Virus record (IMG/VR): IMGVR_UViG_3300010233_000008
DNA: 64,000 nt
DNA from: a virus
Direction: 5' to 3' (one strand)
The position numbers and the translations under genes are program-made. Below, in pieces: positions 18,344 through 27,781 of the stretch (its first letter is position 1; the number at the start of each line of letters is the position of its first letter). The notes under the pieces are model-generated. The model did not search any database, was not told where the DNA came from, and saw only the letters and a list, made by a program, of their open reading frames with translations.

Positions 18344-18658
18344 TTATTCCTTAATTTGTGGAAGTGGAAACCAATAATGTGGATTCCAATTACTTTCCGT
18401 GAACCATTTTTTGATTTTATATTCATAATGTCCAATGCAAAATCCAATCGACGGATTACAAATTAAAACATCAACCGAATATTCTTTATCAGAATAATTT
18501 TCATCAATAGGCGGATATTCCGTCATTGGCCTAGGACCAAAAAAAGATTCGATAAGACCAGAAATTTCATTATGTAATTTCGTGTGATTTGTTGGGACTG
18601 TAAGCAATTCCAGTATTTTCCCCGCTAGTTTCCATGCTTCTTTTGATGGCATCAGCAA
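18344..18658 (-). CDS. hypothetical protein (104 aa)
   Basis: tightly packed - strand ORF. Confidence 0.4.
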   Translation of the reverse strand: MLMPSKEAWKLAGKILELLTVPTNHTKLHNEISGLIESFFGPRPMTEYPPIDENYSDKEYSVDVLICNPSIGFCIGHYEYKIKKWFTESNWNPHYWFPLPQIKE

Positions 18659-18731
18659 TTCCCCATTTCTAAAAATTCATAATTGGGATTAAAATATAAG
18701 CAAAAGTTAATTAAGAATTTAATGCGGTGCA

Positions 18732-19301
18732 TTACTTTTTCTTCTTTGGTTTCTTGGTTGGCTTGATGGTTGGATCAAAAGTTTTATTTATTGGTTCATT
18801 GGGATTAAAAACCATTTTGGGAATTTCTGGAACATAATAATTATATTCCTCAACTTTAGCAGATTGAATAAATCTAAGTGATGCTATTTCTGCCTCAACT
18901 TTTCTTCCGACATATTGTGCCAATAAACTAGCTTGTTCTCTTGACCAAAATCCCATACCAAAATATTGTGGAGAAAATCTAATTTGTACTGCATATTCTT
19001 CACGATAAGAATTATCAGCAAAGAATGAAATTCTGGTTGCCCGATCTACGATTGGTCCAACAACTTTATCAATTTTTTCTTGACACTCATTTCGCAATTT
19101 ATTCATTGCCCATTCATGGTCGCTTTGCCATATTTTAAGTCTAGATTCATATTGCTTTAGAAATTCTTTATTAGAATTTTGCAAAATCTTTTCGTGATTA
19201 CAAAAACAAATAGGTCGGAAATCCCAAAGCCAACCGAAAAAAGATTTCCCCGCACGAATCCAAGGGTAAGTTGTGTCTAGATAAAGTTTATCTTTTTGCA
19301 T
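18732..19301 (-). CDS. hypothetical protein with Lys-rich C-terminus (189 aa)
   Basis: - strand ORF divergent from 19360 gene. Confidence 0.45.
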   Translation of the reverse strand: MQKDKLYLDTTYPWIRAGKSFFGWLWDFRPICFCNHEKILQNSNKEFLKQYESRLKIWQSDHEWAMNKLRNECQEKIDKVVGPIVDRATRISFFADNSYREEYAVQIRFSPQYFGMGFWSREQASLLAQYVGRKVEAEIASLRFIQSAKVEEYNYYVPEIPKMVFNPNEPINKTFDPTIKPTKKPKKKK

Positions 19302-19359
19302 CCCTCAATTATACATTAACCTTTTTGAAAGTCAATACTAAATTCAATAAATTTTCTCA

Positions 19360-22300
19360 ATGTCAAAATTAGACGACTTAAAACAAAAATTAAATAAAAA
19401 CAAACCGAAAAGGATGAAATTCGCCGGTCTTTCGGTCATAATCGAAAATCCCGTAGACAGTATAAGAAAAGGTGTAAATTCTAAAGGAAAAAGTTGGGCT
19501 ACTCGTCTTAGCCATCCTTATGGGTATCTGGAAAAAGGAGTCGGTGCGGACGGAGAACAATTGGATTGCTTTTTGGGTAATCATCCAGAAGCAAAAGATG
19601 TTTATATCGTGCATCAGAATTCGTTGGACGGCAAGTATGATGAGGATAAATGTCTGCTAGCATTCCCTTCCGCCGAAGAGGCAAAGAAAGCATACTTATC
19701 CAATTACGACACCTCCGATTATTTTCGATCAATGACAACTATTCCGATGAATAGTTTCAAGAAAATGCTTACTACCGAAAAACCCGGAAGCATTAAATGG
19801 ACTAGAAAGCAAAGAAGGAATCACAAATCGGAAGCGATGTTTTCAACCAATACCGAAAATTTTGATGCCGACACGAAAGAAAAATGGTTGACAATTGGCG
19901 GTCACTCTGGACCAGAAGGTAAGCATGAAGGCGGATCACATATAGAAATTTCTGGTGATGGAGATATTGAAAAAGGTCCACCCGATCTAAAAAATAAACC
20001 GATTAGTGACCTAAAATCTAAAATGTCTTCCAAAATTACTCCCGGTGTTCCCCAAATAAATTCCCCCAAGCCATCTTCCGCTCCCGCACCCAAAATAATT
20101 CCTAATTCCCAATACGATCTTAAAACCGGCAAGCAAATTAATTCCCAACCTACTCCTCAAAAGGTAGAAGCTAAGCCAATTCAACCTCCAGTCGAACATC
20201 CATTTTTCGATAAAAAAATAAATGATGTTGCCAAAACGGATCAGGATAACGACAAATGGTGGACCAAACCCAATCAAGTAAGCGACCCCAATAAATTAAA
20301 TCCAGTTCAGCAAGGACAAAAAAATATTGCTAACGATAAAGAATCGCAATCAGCAATGAAAAATTCGCATGATTTGAAAAATTTCGGTTGGGGGAAGATG
20401 GCTCAAGCTGGAAATGCTAATGCGGATAAAATAAATAATTTGGCTGCACAAAAAGGCATAACGGCGAATCAAGCCCAAAGTCAATTATCCCAAAATATTT
20501 CTCCCCAATTAGCTCAACAAAATTTACCTAATAAAAATGCTAGTGGAATTCCGGGGTCATCCCCGATTAATCAATCTCAGGATAATCCTACTCCTAGTTC
20601 AGTAAATCCCCCACAGGAGCAATTGCAACCTAATGTCGGTGCGCCAAAAGGACCAATAAACGATAAGCCTACAAATAAATCTCCCGAATCTTCATTATTC
20701 TATCCTCCCGGCAAATTCTTTCCGCCCTCCGAATCTAAAGCTCCAGTTAATGCTCCGCAAGTTCCTCCACAAGAATTATTAAGTGATAAACCTATGTCTG
20801 GAGTTCAGCGAATTACTCCCGATGATTTTGCTAAAGGATGGGATGGAATAGAAGGTTGGGTTGGAGCTAGAGATAATCCCGAACATGCTGAAAATATAGC
20901 TAAGGGATTAAATCAATTAGGTGATAGAGAGCATGCCGTAATGCAACATTCTAATGGCAAACATATAGTTGTTAGTAGACCAAAACAAGGTCAAGCGAAC
21001 CAAGGTTTAGGTCAGAATCAACTTAGTCAAACTCCCCCAGAACAAATTCAGCCTAATACCCAAATTCCTAATGAAGAAATGCAAGAGCAATTAGGATCAA
21101 CTGGTGCGGCAACTCCCGCCATCAATAATCCTAATGAAATAAAACAGCAAGAAAATAAACCCGCTTCGCAAGAGCCATTATTTGATAATCCAAAAACTCC
21201 ATCACAAGAACCGTTACCAGAGGAACCAGAACAAAAATTAGGTGGAGTTCAAGATTATAGTAAAGCCTCAATTGAACGCCAATTATTAGATCATTATCAA
21301 AAGAATGGTGGAAATGCTGACGATCAAGATGAAAAATTAACCTCAGCTTATCATTCCCCATTTACTTTTAGACGAACAAGTAAAACTAAATCAGGATTTC
21401 CCGGTGAAATAGATAGGATGCTAGAAGGTCCGAACGGTAAAAAATTAAGAAGGCTTTTAAGTCTAACCGATAATCCAGAATCTTCTCAAGGTGCGGATTT
21501 AATGGGAGATTTAGGGGTAGATGGATATGAGCAATTACTTAATAGAAAATTAGGTGGCAAGAAAAATACTACATTAAATTCCGCATTAGATTTTGCCAAG
21601 AAATCTGGCGATCCGCAAATGGAATTCTTGGCTAAGCTTCATAGTATAACTCCCGATAGGCAAGATAAGAAGCCACAAGAGGTTATAAATACTCAGGCAT
21701 TACAAACTGGCGAAGCTGCGACTATTCATGGTATTCCTGTTACTATTAATGAGGATGAAAATGGGAATAAATCTATAGATGATGGTGGACATTTGCCGAG
21801 CGTTCCGTTAGAATCTATGAAACAATTACCTATTGATAAGGGTAGTTTACATAATACGGAAGAGCCGGAAGTTGATGAAAGTCCATTTGCTCCCGATGAA
21901 TTAAATCCAGAGGAATTAAATGAAAAAACGGATGAAGAAAGTCAGCCCGAACCAAGTCAAGAAAATGCTCCGGTTGAGTCTTCCCAAGATAATTCTGGAC
22001 AAGAAAATGGAATTGACTCTGGAATTGGAGAAGAAAATCCAGAAATTAATAAAGATGAGCAAGGGAATCGACCCGATACAAATGTTAATCCCACAACGGA
22101 ATCTCCCGAAATTAATCCAAGCAATCAAATCGGGAAAAGTGAAGGGGAAAATAGGGATAGTGAATCTAAGCCTCAATCAATTCCTCCAATTAAATCAAAT
22201 AAATTAGAGGAAAAACCAAATGAAAAAATCCCCGAAAAAGAAAAGTCAAAAGCTGTCCCGCAACATTCAGAAACTACTAATGAATCCCATAAAGATTTGG

Positions 22301-23349
22301 GCAAAGAAAAACAAAATGTCGGTTCGTCTGATTCAAAAGAAAAAGTAAATGAAAGTCCGAAAGATAAACCAGCCCCACAGTCTCCGGTCACTTCTAATCC
22401 ACCGGCTAAAAATGAAGTTAAAGAAGAAAATCCCAAAGCTTCCGCGCAAATTCATCCTCCCTATAAACATCCATTAAGAGATATCTACGAAAAAGCTAAT
22501 CCGAGATCGCAACAAGCGTCTAAAGAGGCAAATAAAAGCGGAAATAAAGTAAATATTCAGGAATCCGGAATTCAGGCTCGCGGATCGGCAATGGGTTTGC
22601 ATGGAGCTAAAAAGCGTGAAGATGCAATCAATAACGCTATAAAACAATATGGTCCTACCGAAAAAGCAATGCAAGTTGCCGTTGCCAATAGTTATAGACA
22701 ACCATTAAGTAAATCAGAAAAACAATATTTTAAGGATTATGCGGAGTCTTTAGCCAAGAGCAAAAACCCTTCAACATCCGTTGAAACTCCCCCAAATAAT
22801 GAAACTGCAAAATCTCCCACTACATCAGAAATACCGGAAGTCGATAACACAAAACAACTAGGCTTATACGAAAAAGATAAATCTGGTAATCCCAAAGAAG
22901 TAGGAGAAAAACCCGGACAATCCAATTTATTCAACCCCAATAAATTTAAGACAGAAGAAAAACCCAAAGAAGAAAAAGTCGCCCCTCAATTTGACCCAAA
23001 ACATACACAAGAAATGTTCCCCAATAAGGAACAATCGAAACCTATAGATCAATTAAAAGAAAAGATGAATCCAGACAAGAATCCCGTCAAAATGTCGGGA
23101 TCGCCAATTGACCAATTAAAAGATAAAATGCAGAAAAATAAGGGGTCTGGATATGATATTAATGAAGACGATGGATATATAGAAATTAAGCGAAATGGAC
23201 AAACAATTGCGACCGGAACTAGACAGCCAAATGGCAAAATAGGGGATTTACAATATAAACATCCTGTACACCAAAAGTTAGATGCTATAAGAAATGCCGT
23301 GCAACGCGCAATTAATGAACACGAGAAAAATCCACCTAGTCTAAAATAA
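19360..23349 (+). CDS. giant protein: inorganic-pyrophosphatase-like N-terminal domain + ~1200-aa intrinsically disordered P/Q/N/K/E-rich region (1329 aa)
   Basis: N-domain SVIIENP..., SHPYGYL, GADGEQLDCFLG, DGKYDEDKCLLAFP align with family I PPase motifs (VVIEIP, YP.NYGYI, DGDP.DVLV, DEAGEDAKLVAVP); remainder low-complexity with short tandem repeats (PIDQLKEKM/PIDQLKDKM). Confidence 0.6.
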   Translation: MSKLDDLKQKLNKNKPKRMKFAGLSVIIENPVDSIRKGVNSKGKSWATRLSHPYGYLEKGVGADGEQLDCFLGNHPEAKDVYIVHQNSLDGKYDEDKCLLAFPSAEEAKKAYLSNYDTSDYFRSMTTIPMNSFKKMLTTEKPGSIKWTRKQRRNHKSEAMFSTNTENFDADTKEKWLTIGGHSGPEGKHEGGSHIEISGDGDIEKGPPDLKNKPISDLKSKMSSKITPGVPQINSPKPSSAPAPKIIPNSQYDLKTGKQINSQPTPQKVEAKPIQPPVEHPFFDKKINDVAKTDQDNDKWWTKPNQVSDPNKLNPVQQGQKNIANDKESQSAMKNSHDLKNFGWGKMAQAGNANADKINNLAAQKGITANQAQSQLSQNISPQLAQQNLPNKNASGIPGSSPINQSQDNPTPSSVNPPQEQLQPNVGAPKGPINDKPTNKSPESSLFYPPGKFFPPSESKAPVNAPQVPPQELLSDKPMSGVQRITPDDFAKGWDGIEGWVGARDNPEHAENIAKGLNQLGDREHAVMQHSNGKHIVVSRPKQGQANQGLGQNQLSQTPPEQIQPNTQIPNEEMQEQLGSTGAATPAINNPNEIKQQENKPASQEPLFDNPKTPSQEPLPEEPEQKLGGVQDYSKASIERQLLDHYQKNGGNADDQDEKLTSAYHSPFTFRRTSKTKSGFPGEIDRMLEGPNGKKLRRLLSLTDNPESSQGADLMGDLGVDGYEQLLNRKLGGKKNTTLNSALDFAKKSGDPQMEFLAKLHSITPDRQDKKPQEVINTQALQTGEAATIHGIPVTINEDENGNKSIDDGGHLPSVPLESMKQLPIDKGSLHNTEEPEVDESPFAPDELNPEELNEKTDEESQPEPSQENAPVESSQDNSGQENGIDSGIGEENPEINKDEQGNRPDTNVNPTTESPEINPSNQIGKSEGENRDSESKPQSIPPIKSNKLEEKPNEKIPEKEKSKAVPQHSETTNESHKDLGKEKQNVGSSDSKEKVNESPKDKPAPQSPVTSNPPAKNEVKEENPKASAQIHPPYKHPLRDIYEKANPRSQQASKEANKSGNKVNIQESGIQARGSAMGLHGAKKREDAINNAIKQYGPTEKAMQVAVANSYRQPLSKSEKQYFKDYAESLAKSKNPSTSVETPPNNETAKSPTTSEIPEVDNTKQLGLYEKDKSGNPKEVGEKPGQSNLFNPNKFKTEEKPKEEKVAPQFDPKHTQEMFPNKEQSKPIDQLKEKMNPDKNPVKMSGSPIDQLKDKMQKNKGSGYDINEDDGYIEIKRNGQTIATGTRQPNGKIGDLQYKHPVHQKLDAIRNAVQRAINEHEKNPPSLK

Positions 23350-23533
23350 ATTCCATAATATCTTTAGAGGGAATTTCATTTGTCAGTCTTTTGTCGAGGG
23401 CGGCGGAAGTTTGCTTAAGACAATTTATAATTCTTGATATTGGTCCGGTTGGTATATCATAATCGCGGTCCAATTCTTTAATCCATTTGCGAACAACAAT
23501 AATATCTGATTCGATTTGATCCATAATTACCAT
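23336..23533 (-). CDS. hypothetical protein (65 aa)
   Basis: - strand ORF convergent with giant gene. Confidence 0.35.
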   Translation of the reverse strand: MVIMDQIESDIIVVRKWIKELDRDYDIPTGPISRIINCLKQTSAALDKRLTNEIPSKDIMEFILD

Positions 23534-23724
23534 CCTATATCTTTAGATGCCGCGACATGCGCATCGTCGCCTACTTCGATTCGCTTTTTCTTCATTGCTT
23601 CGGCAAAATATTGACCACGTTCATCCTGAAAGAAAGGATCGCCTATTGAAGAAAATCTCCACTTTGCCAACATACTTTTATAATCCATTTTATCAATTTC
23701 TCGTTTTTGCTCATCGGTAATCAT
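23527..23724 (-). CDS. hypothetical protein (65 aa)
   Basis: - strand ORF, 7-nt overlap with neighbour. Confidence 0.35.
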   Translation of the reverse strand: MITDEQKREIDKMDYKSMLAKWRFSSIGDPFFQDERGQYFAEAMKKKRIEVGDDAHVAASKDIGW

Positions 23725-23739
23725 AATAAATTCCTATGG

Positions 23740-23955
23740 TTAACATGATTCGTGGTCTAAATGTCCACAACCAACGCAAATAAAATCGACATATTCTCCC
23801 GGATTAAATTCCGAGGCAAATTCGGGATCAACTCCATGTCGCCATTCCCAATCATCCATTCCGCAATCCGGACATATTCTCCCCATTGGTTTATGTTTAC
23901 CAAAAGCCTTTTTGTTACACTCATTAACAGACCAATAAACTAGATCGTATTTCAT
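23740..23955 (-). CDS. zinc-finger protein (71 aa)
   Basis: CPDCG...CVGCGH. Confidence 0.4.
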   Translation of the reverse strand: MKYDLVYWSVNECNKKAFGKHKPMGRICPDCGMDDWEWRHGVDPEFASEFNPGEYVDFICVGCGHLDHESC

Positions 23956-23958
23956 AAT

Positions 23959-24381
23959 TTACTCCATCATTTTATTGACTTGATCTTTTGCTGTTTCAAT
24001 AATATTTGACATTTTTTGTAATGGGGATGGTCCATTACTTCTAATTTCTTTAAGAATTTTACAGCAAGGATACGGTTGTCCGTTTCTTCTCGGAATATGA
24101 TTTGGGCATTTACGACAAACTTTCATAGGTACTGAATATCCCGCTTTCATTCGCGGATATTCTTCTGACGGAGATTGCGGACAATTGAACGCAGAAAGCT
24201 GACCCAAAGTAAGACTTGCATCTTTTCCATCAACTGTTTTATATGACTTAATAAAAACGCCCTGATTATTTGTGGTTCCTTCATTTCCAAAATGCCATCC
24301 ATTAGGCAAACGTCTAATCTTTCCGTTTGCCGACTCAACTAACGACTTACCCATAACATTAAATATATTAGTTCCACGCAT
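23959..24381 (-). CDS. hypothetical protein (140 aa)
   Basis: - strand ORF ending the antisense block; divergent from promoter at 24450. Confidence 0.45.
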   Translation of the reverse strand: MRGTNIFNVMGKSLVESANGKIRRLPNGWHFGNEGTTNNQGVFIKSYKTVDGKDASLTLGQLSAFNCPQSPSEEYPRMKAGYSVPMKVCRKCPNHIPRRNGQPYPCCKILKEIRSNGPSPLQKMSNIIETAKDQVNKMME

Positions 24382-24449
24382 TATTTGATTATCTCATAAA
24401 TTTTAGAAATGTCAAGTATTTTTGCTAAAAAACTTAAAAAAGATTTAAG

Positions 24450-24478
24450 TTGCAATTATTGCCGACTTATGTTACAAT
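24450..24478 (+). promoter_or_regulatory. sigma70-like promoter TTGCAA-17-TACAAT
   Basis: -35 24450-24455, -10 24473-24478, in divergent intergenic region. Confidence 0.45.
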
Positions 24479-24484
24479 CTGTAA

Positions 24485-24847
24485 GTGAAGAAAAAGAATT
24501 ATTATATTAAAAAGGGTTATGTTAAGAATTGCACCGATCCCAAGATAGAGTTATATGAATCTGGATTTAGGGCAATGTGTTTTCATGTCGCCTATAATCA
24601 TTTTTATCATTTAGTTGCTGACAATACTTTAAGGTTTGCATATGCTTTATGCCATTCTTCACTTCCCATTAAAGATAGGGAGACCGTTGAGGCGTGGTAT
24701 AAATGGAGCAAGGGAAAAACCATCAAAGAAATGATGAATCACGGTCACGAAATCCCTAAATCACTAAAACCTATCGTTAATTCTTATTTTTCAGCTATTA
24801 AGAAAAGAGCTAAAGAGAATAAAGAAGATGTGAATTATTTGTTATGA
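24485..24847 (+). CDS. hypothetical protein (120 aa, GTG start per ORF track)
   Basis: ORF preceding GT-sulfotransferase gene with 4-nt overlap. Confidence 0.4.
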   Translation: MKKKNYYIKKGYVKNCTDPKIELYESGFRAMCFHVAYNHFYHLVADNTLRFAYALCHSSLPIKDRETVEAWYKWSKGKTIKEMMNHGHEIPKSLKPIVNSYFSAIKKRAKENKEDVNYLL

Positions 24848-26190
24848 ACCCGACAATTTGCTTCGTTACTACTTGCAAAAATCGCGCAAATCATATTAAG
24901 GAATGCTTGCCCGCGAATCTGGCAGACAATACCGATCCAAATCATAAATTCATCCTTTTAGATTATAATAGTCAAGATGATCTTATTGATTATCTTAAAT
25001 CTAATCATCAAAAAGATATAAATTCAGGGAGATTAGTAGTTTATAGTTTTAAGAGTCACGGACCATTTAGAATGGCTCATGCCAAAAATATGGCACACCG
25101 TTTAGGTATTCTAGAGGGCGGCAACATATTAGTTAATCTTGATGCTGATAATTTTACTGGTAAGGAATTTTCGACTTATATTCAGGAAAAATTTAAGCAA
25201 GATAATATATTCTTATGGGCAAAAAGGATTATAGGTCAAGCTCATACTAGAGGAACCTCTGGGCGTATCGGGGTATCTTCTAAATCCTTTATTCTGGCTG
25301 GAGGATACGATGAAAAGTATAATACTTGGTCTCCTGACGACAAAGACTTCAACGCTAGATTATGTCGCTTAGATTTTGTTCCTATTGAGATTGATCCTAA
25401 ATTCTTAAAAGCTAAAGTTCATAACGACAATATTAGATTTTCAGAGTATAAACATATTGATCTTGACGAACAAGAAGAAGAATCATTAAGAATCGGAGAT
25501 TCCGATCATACCATAGCTAATTTTGGCAGGATCGGATGTGGTACGGTTTATAAGAATTTCTCTAATGAACCAATAAATATAGACCCAATTCCAACTAGAA
25601 TATTTGGGATAGGGATGCACAAGACAGCGACCACTTCCCTAAATAAAGCATTTAAGATTTTAGGTTATCATTCCGCACATTGGAAATCTCCGCAATGGGC
25701 TAGAAATATTTGGGATGAAATACATAAATTTGGTAAATCCAGAACATTAGAAAAATATTATGCGCTATGCGATTTACCTATCACCTTACTCTATCAATCA
25801 TTGGATATAGCTTATCCCGGAAGTAAATTCATTCTTACTATCAGGGATGAAAATCAATGGCTGGAAAGCGTTAAGAATCATTGGGATTATGATCTAAATA
25901 TTTATAGAGAGAGTTGGGATAATGATGCCTTTACGCATAGAGTTCACAGTGAATTATATGGTAGGAAAATGTTCGATGTGGAAATTTTTATCAAGAGATT
26001 TCGTAGGCATAATGATGAAGTAAGAAATTATTTTAAAAATCGTCCACAAGATTTACTTGTTTTGGATATAGATAAAAAAGATAAGTGGGGAAAACTTTGT
26101 CCATTTTTGAATGTGGGAATACTGAATATTTCTTATCCGGAAGAGTTCAATACGGATAAAAGGGTAAAATTTTTAGCAGAAAATATTTAA
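24844..26190 (+). CDS. fusion protein: GT-A glycosyltransferase (DXD) + sulfotransferase domain (448 aa)
   Basis: N-half ICFVTTCKNR...LVNLDADNF (GT-A/GT2-like DXD); C-half GMHKTATTSL (5'-PSB PKSGTT-like, catalytic Lys) and ILTIRDENQWLESV (3'-PB RD...S motif) of PAPS sulfotransferases. Confidence 0.55.
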   Translation: MNPTICFVTTCKNRANHIKECLPANLADNTDPNHKFILLDYNSQDDLIDYLKSNHQKDINSGRLVVYSFKSHGPFRMAHAKNMAHRLGILEGGNILVNLDADNFTGKEFSTYIQEKFKQDNIFLWAKRIIGQAHTRGTSGRIGVSSKSFILAGGYDEKYNTWSPDDKDFNARLCRLDFVPIEIDPKFLKAKVHNDNIRFSEYKHIDLDEQEEESLRIGDSDHTIANFGRIGCGTVYKNFSNEPINIDPIPTRIFGIGMHKTATTSLNKAFKILGYHSAHWKSPQWARNIWDEIHKFGKSRTLEKYYALCDLPITLLYQSLDIAYPGSKFILTIRDENQWLESVKNHWDYDLNIYRESWDNDAFTHRVHSELYGRKMFDVEIFIKRFRRHNDEVRNYFKNRPQDLLVLDIDKKDKWGKLCPFLNVGILNISYPEEFNTDKRVKFLAENI

Positions 26191-27011
26191 TGAAAACACT
26201 TACAAATAATGCTGGTCAAAAATTCAAATTAGGTAGAATTCAGCCTTCTACTCGTCGGCTTGGTTTGTCGATGAAGGATTTACTTTCTGCAAATGTATTA
26301 CCACAAATAACTTTGCCAACATCTACTAATTATGGGGCGAAGGCAACGCAGTCGCTAAATAATATTTATTTGAACGGAAGCCTTTCGGATTGCGTTGTGG
26401 CGTGCGGATTCCATTGCGATGGTGTTACGTCTGGGAACAATGGCAGCGAAGTTTTGTATACCGATGCCCAAGTAATCCAGAATTATAGTGCAATCGGTGG
26501 CTATAATCCAAATGCCCCATTGGTTAGCGGAGAAAACGAAAGCGATAATGGTTGTAGCGAAGAAGTTGCAATCTCATATTGGGAAGCAAACGGTTTTCCT
26601 TCCGGAAGATGGCTAAAACGCGCTATTACCTTAGACCCTAATAATATTGAAGAAATCCGTACGGCCTTATATCTATTTGAAAATATTTGCTTCAATATAA
26701 ATTTACCCGATGCTTGGATTGATCCATTTCCTTCTGGCAATAATTTTGTTTGGGGAAAAAATGGCGAACCGGATCAAATGAACGGGCATAGTTTTTTGGG
26801 CTATGATATTTTAGCTAATGGAAATTTAGCGATAGACACTTGGGGAATTTTGGGAGAAATAACTCCAGAAGCAATAAGCTATTACGGTAATTGGAGTCAA
26901 GGGGGACAATTATTTACTTTCCTTTTGCCAGATATGTTCTACAGATTGTCGAAGAAAAGCCCAATTGGGTATGATGAAAATATCCTGATAGATTTTTTGA
27001 ATAAGCTCTAA
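26190..27011 (+). CDS. hypothetical protein, possible Cys/His peptidase-like (273 aa)
   Basis: start overlaps previous stop (ATGA); candidate catalytic SDCVVACGFH ... NGHSFLGYD ... DTWG; weak. Confidence 0.4.
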   Translation: MKTLTNNAGQKFKLGRIQPSTRRLGLSMKDLLSANVLPQITLPTSTNYGAKATQSLNNIYLNGSLSDCVVACGFHCDGVTSGNNGSEVLYTDAQVIQNYSAIGGYNPNAPLVSGENESDNGCSEEVAISYWEANGFPSGRWLKRAITLDPNNIEEIRTALYLFENICFNINLPDAWIDPFPSGNNFVWGKNGEPDQMNGHSFLGYDILANGNLAIDTWGILGEITPEAISYYGNWSQGGQLFTFLLPDMFYRLSKKSPIGYDENILIDFLNKL

Positions 27012-27019
27012 TTTTCTTC

Positions 27020-27047
27020 TTGACATTCCAAAATTATGAGGTATTAT
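27020..27047 (+). promoter_or_regulatory. sigma70-like promoter TTGACA-16-TATTAT
   Basis: shares CTTGACATT...GGTATTATTTGA core with promoter at 27412; SD AAAGG then ATG 27074. Confidence 0.55.
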
Positions 27048-27073
27048 TTGAATATCTCTTGTGAAAGGTTTTT

Positions 27074-27415
27074 ATGAATAGAGTTGTTGGCAAATGCAGT
27101 ATTTGTGGTGGGCGGGTTACTGTCCCGGACGTTTGGATGGGAATTAATCCCCCGATCCCTCAATGCGAAAACTGTTATGCTTTTGAAGATACTACTAAAG
27201 ATTTGCCAGTAGTTCCCATGAAGCCAAGAAAAAATCCTTTGGAAAAATATAAGAAGTGGGATAAATGTAATTGGAGCGAGGATCAAAAATACTATTGGAC
27301 GCACAATAAATCTCCCGACGATCCTATTCCAATGATGGATGAAGATACATTTAAGGTTCATCCTGATACGAATATGTTTAGAGTTCATCGTGAAGATTTT
27401 TCTTTTTGTGCTTGA
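27074..27415 (+). CDS. zinc-ribbon protein (113 aa)
   Basis: CSICGG...CENC; promoter and SD upstream; antisense ORF 27044..27481 rejected. Confidence 0.5.
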   Translation: MNRVVGKCSICGGRVTVPDVWMGINPPIPQCENCYAFEDTTKDLPVVPMKPRKNPLEKYKKWDKCNWSEDQKYYWTHNKSPDDPIPMMDEDTFKVHPDTNMFRVHREDFSFCA

Positions 27416-27439
27416 CATTTGAATAGTTTGTGGTATTAT
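27412..27439 (+). promoter_or_regulatory. sigma70-like promoter TTGACA-16-TATTAT with TGG extended -10
   Basis: -35 27412-27417, -10 27434-27439; drives the ~340-nt non-coding region and the two tRNAs. Confidence 0.55.
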
Positions 27440-27781
27440 TTGATCGGCGTCTTTGGAAATTTTGGGCTGTAAACCCATCAAGATTCCATTGATGTTATTT
27501 TCCTAGTATATTCCAGCAAAGATTGGAATGAACGGACGTTGTTGCGGGATTAAACGATAAACATCCCGCTTAGGCTACAAGTCAACGCCCATAGTTGATA
27601 GTAGCCACTAATGAAATCATAGTTTGTCGCATTGGGAAAATTTACTATGATGGCTGCAAATTATGCTATATAAAATGCGACTGGACGGAATTTTTACCAT
27701 TTAACGTCTTCACGACGGGAATAAAATTTCGTTAAGGAATCAACAAATTCTAGGACAAAATGATTCAATTTCCTACGTTAT

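Noticed and set aside
19390-22701. Multiple short antisense and alternate-frame ORFs inside the giant 19360..23349 gene
   Set aside because: By-products of the low-complexity coding sequence.
27044-27481. Minus-strand ORF 27044..27481 overlapping zinc-ribbon gene 27074..27415
   Set aside because: The + strand gene has a promoter and SD. The antisense ORF would run through two promoters.
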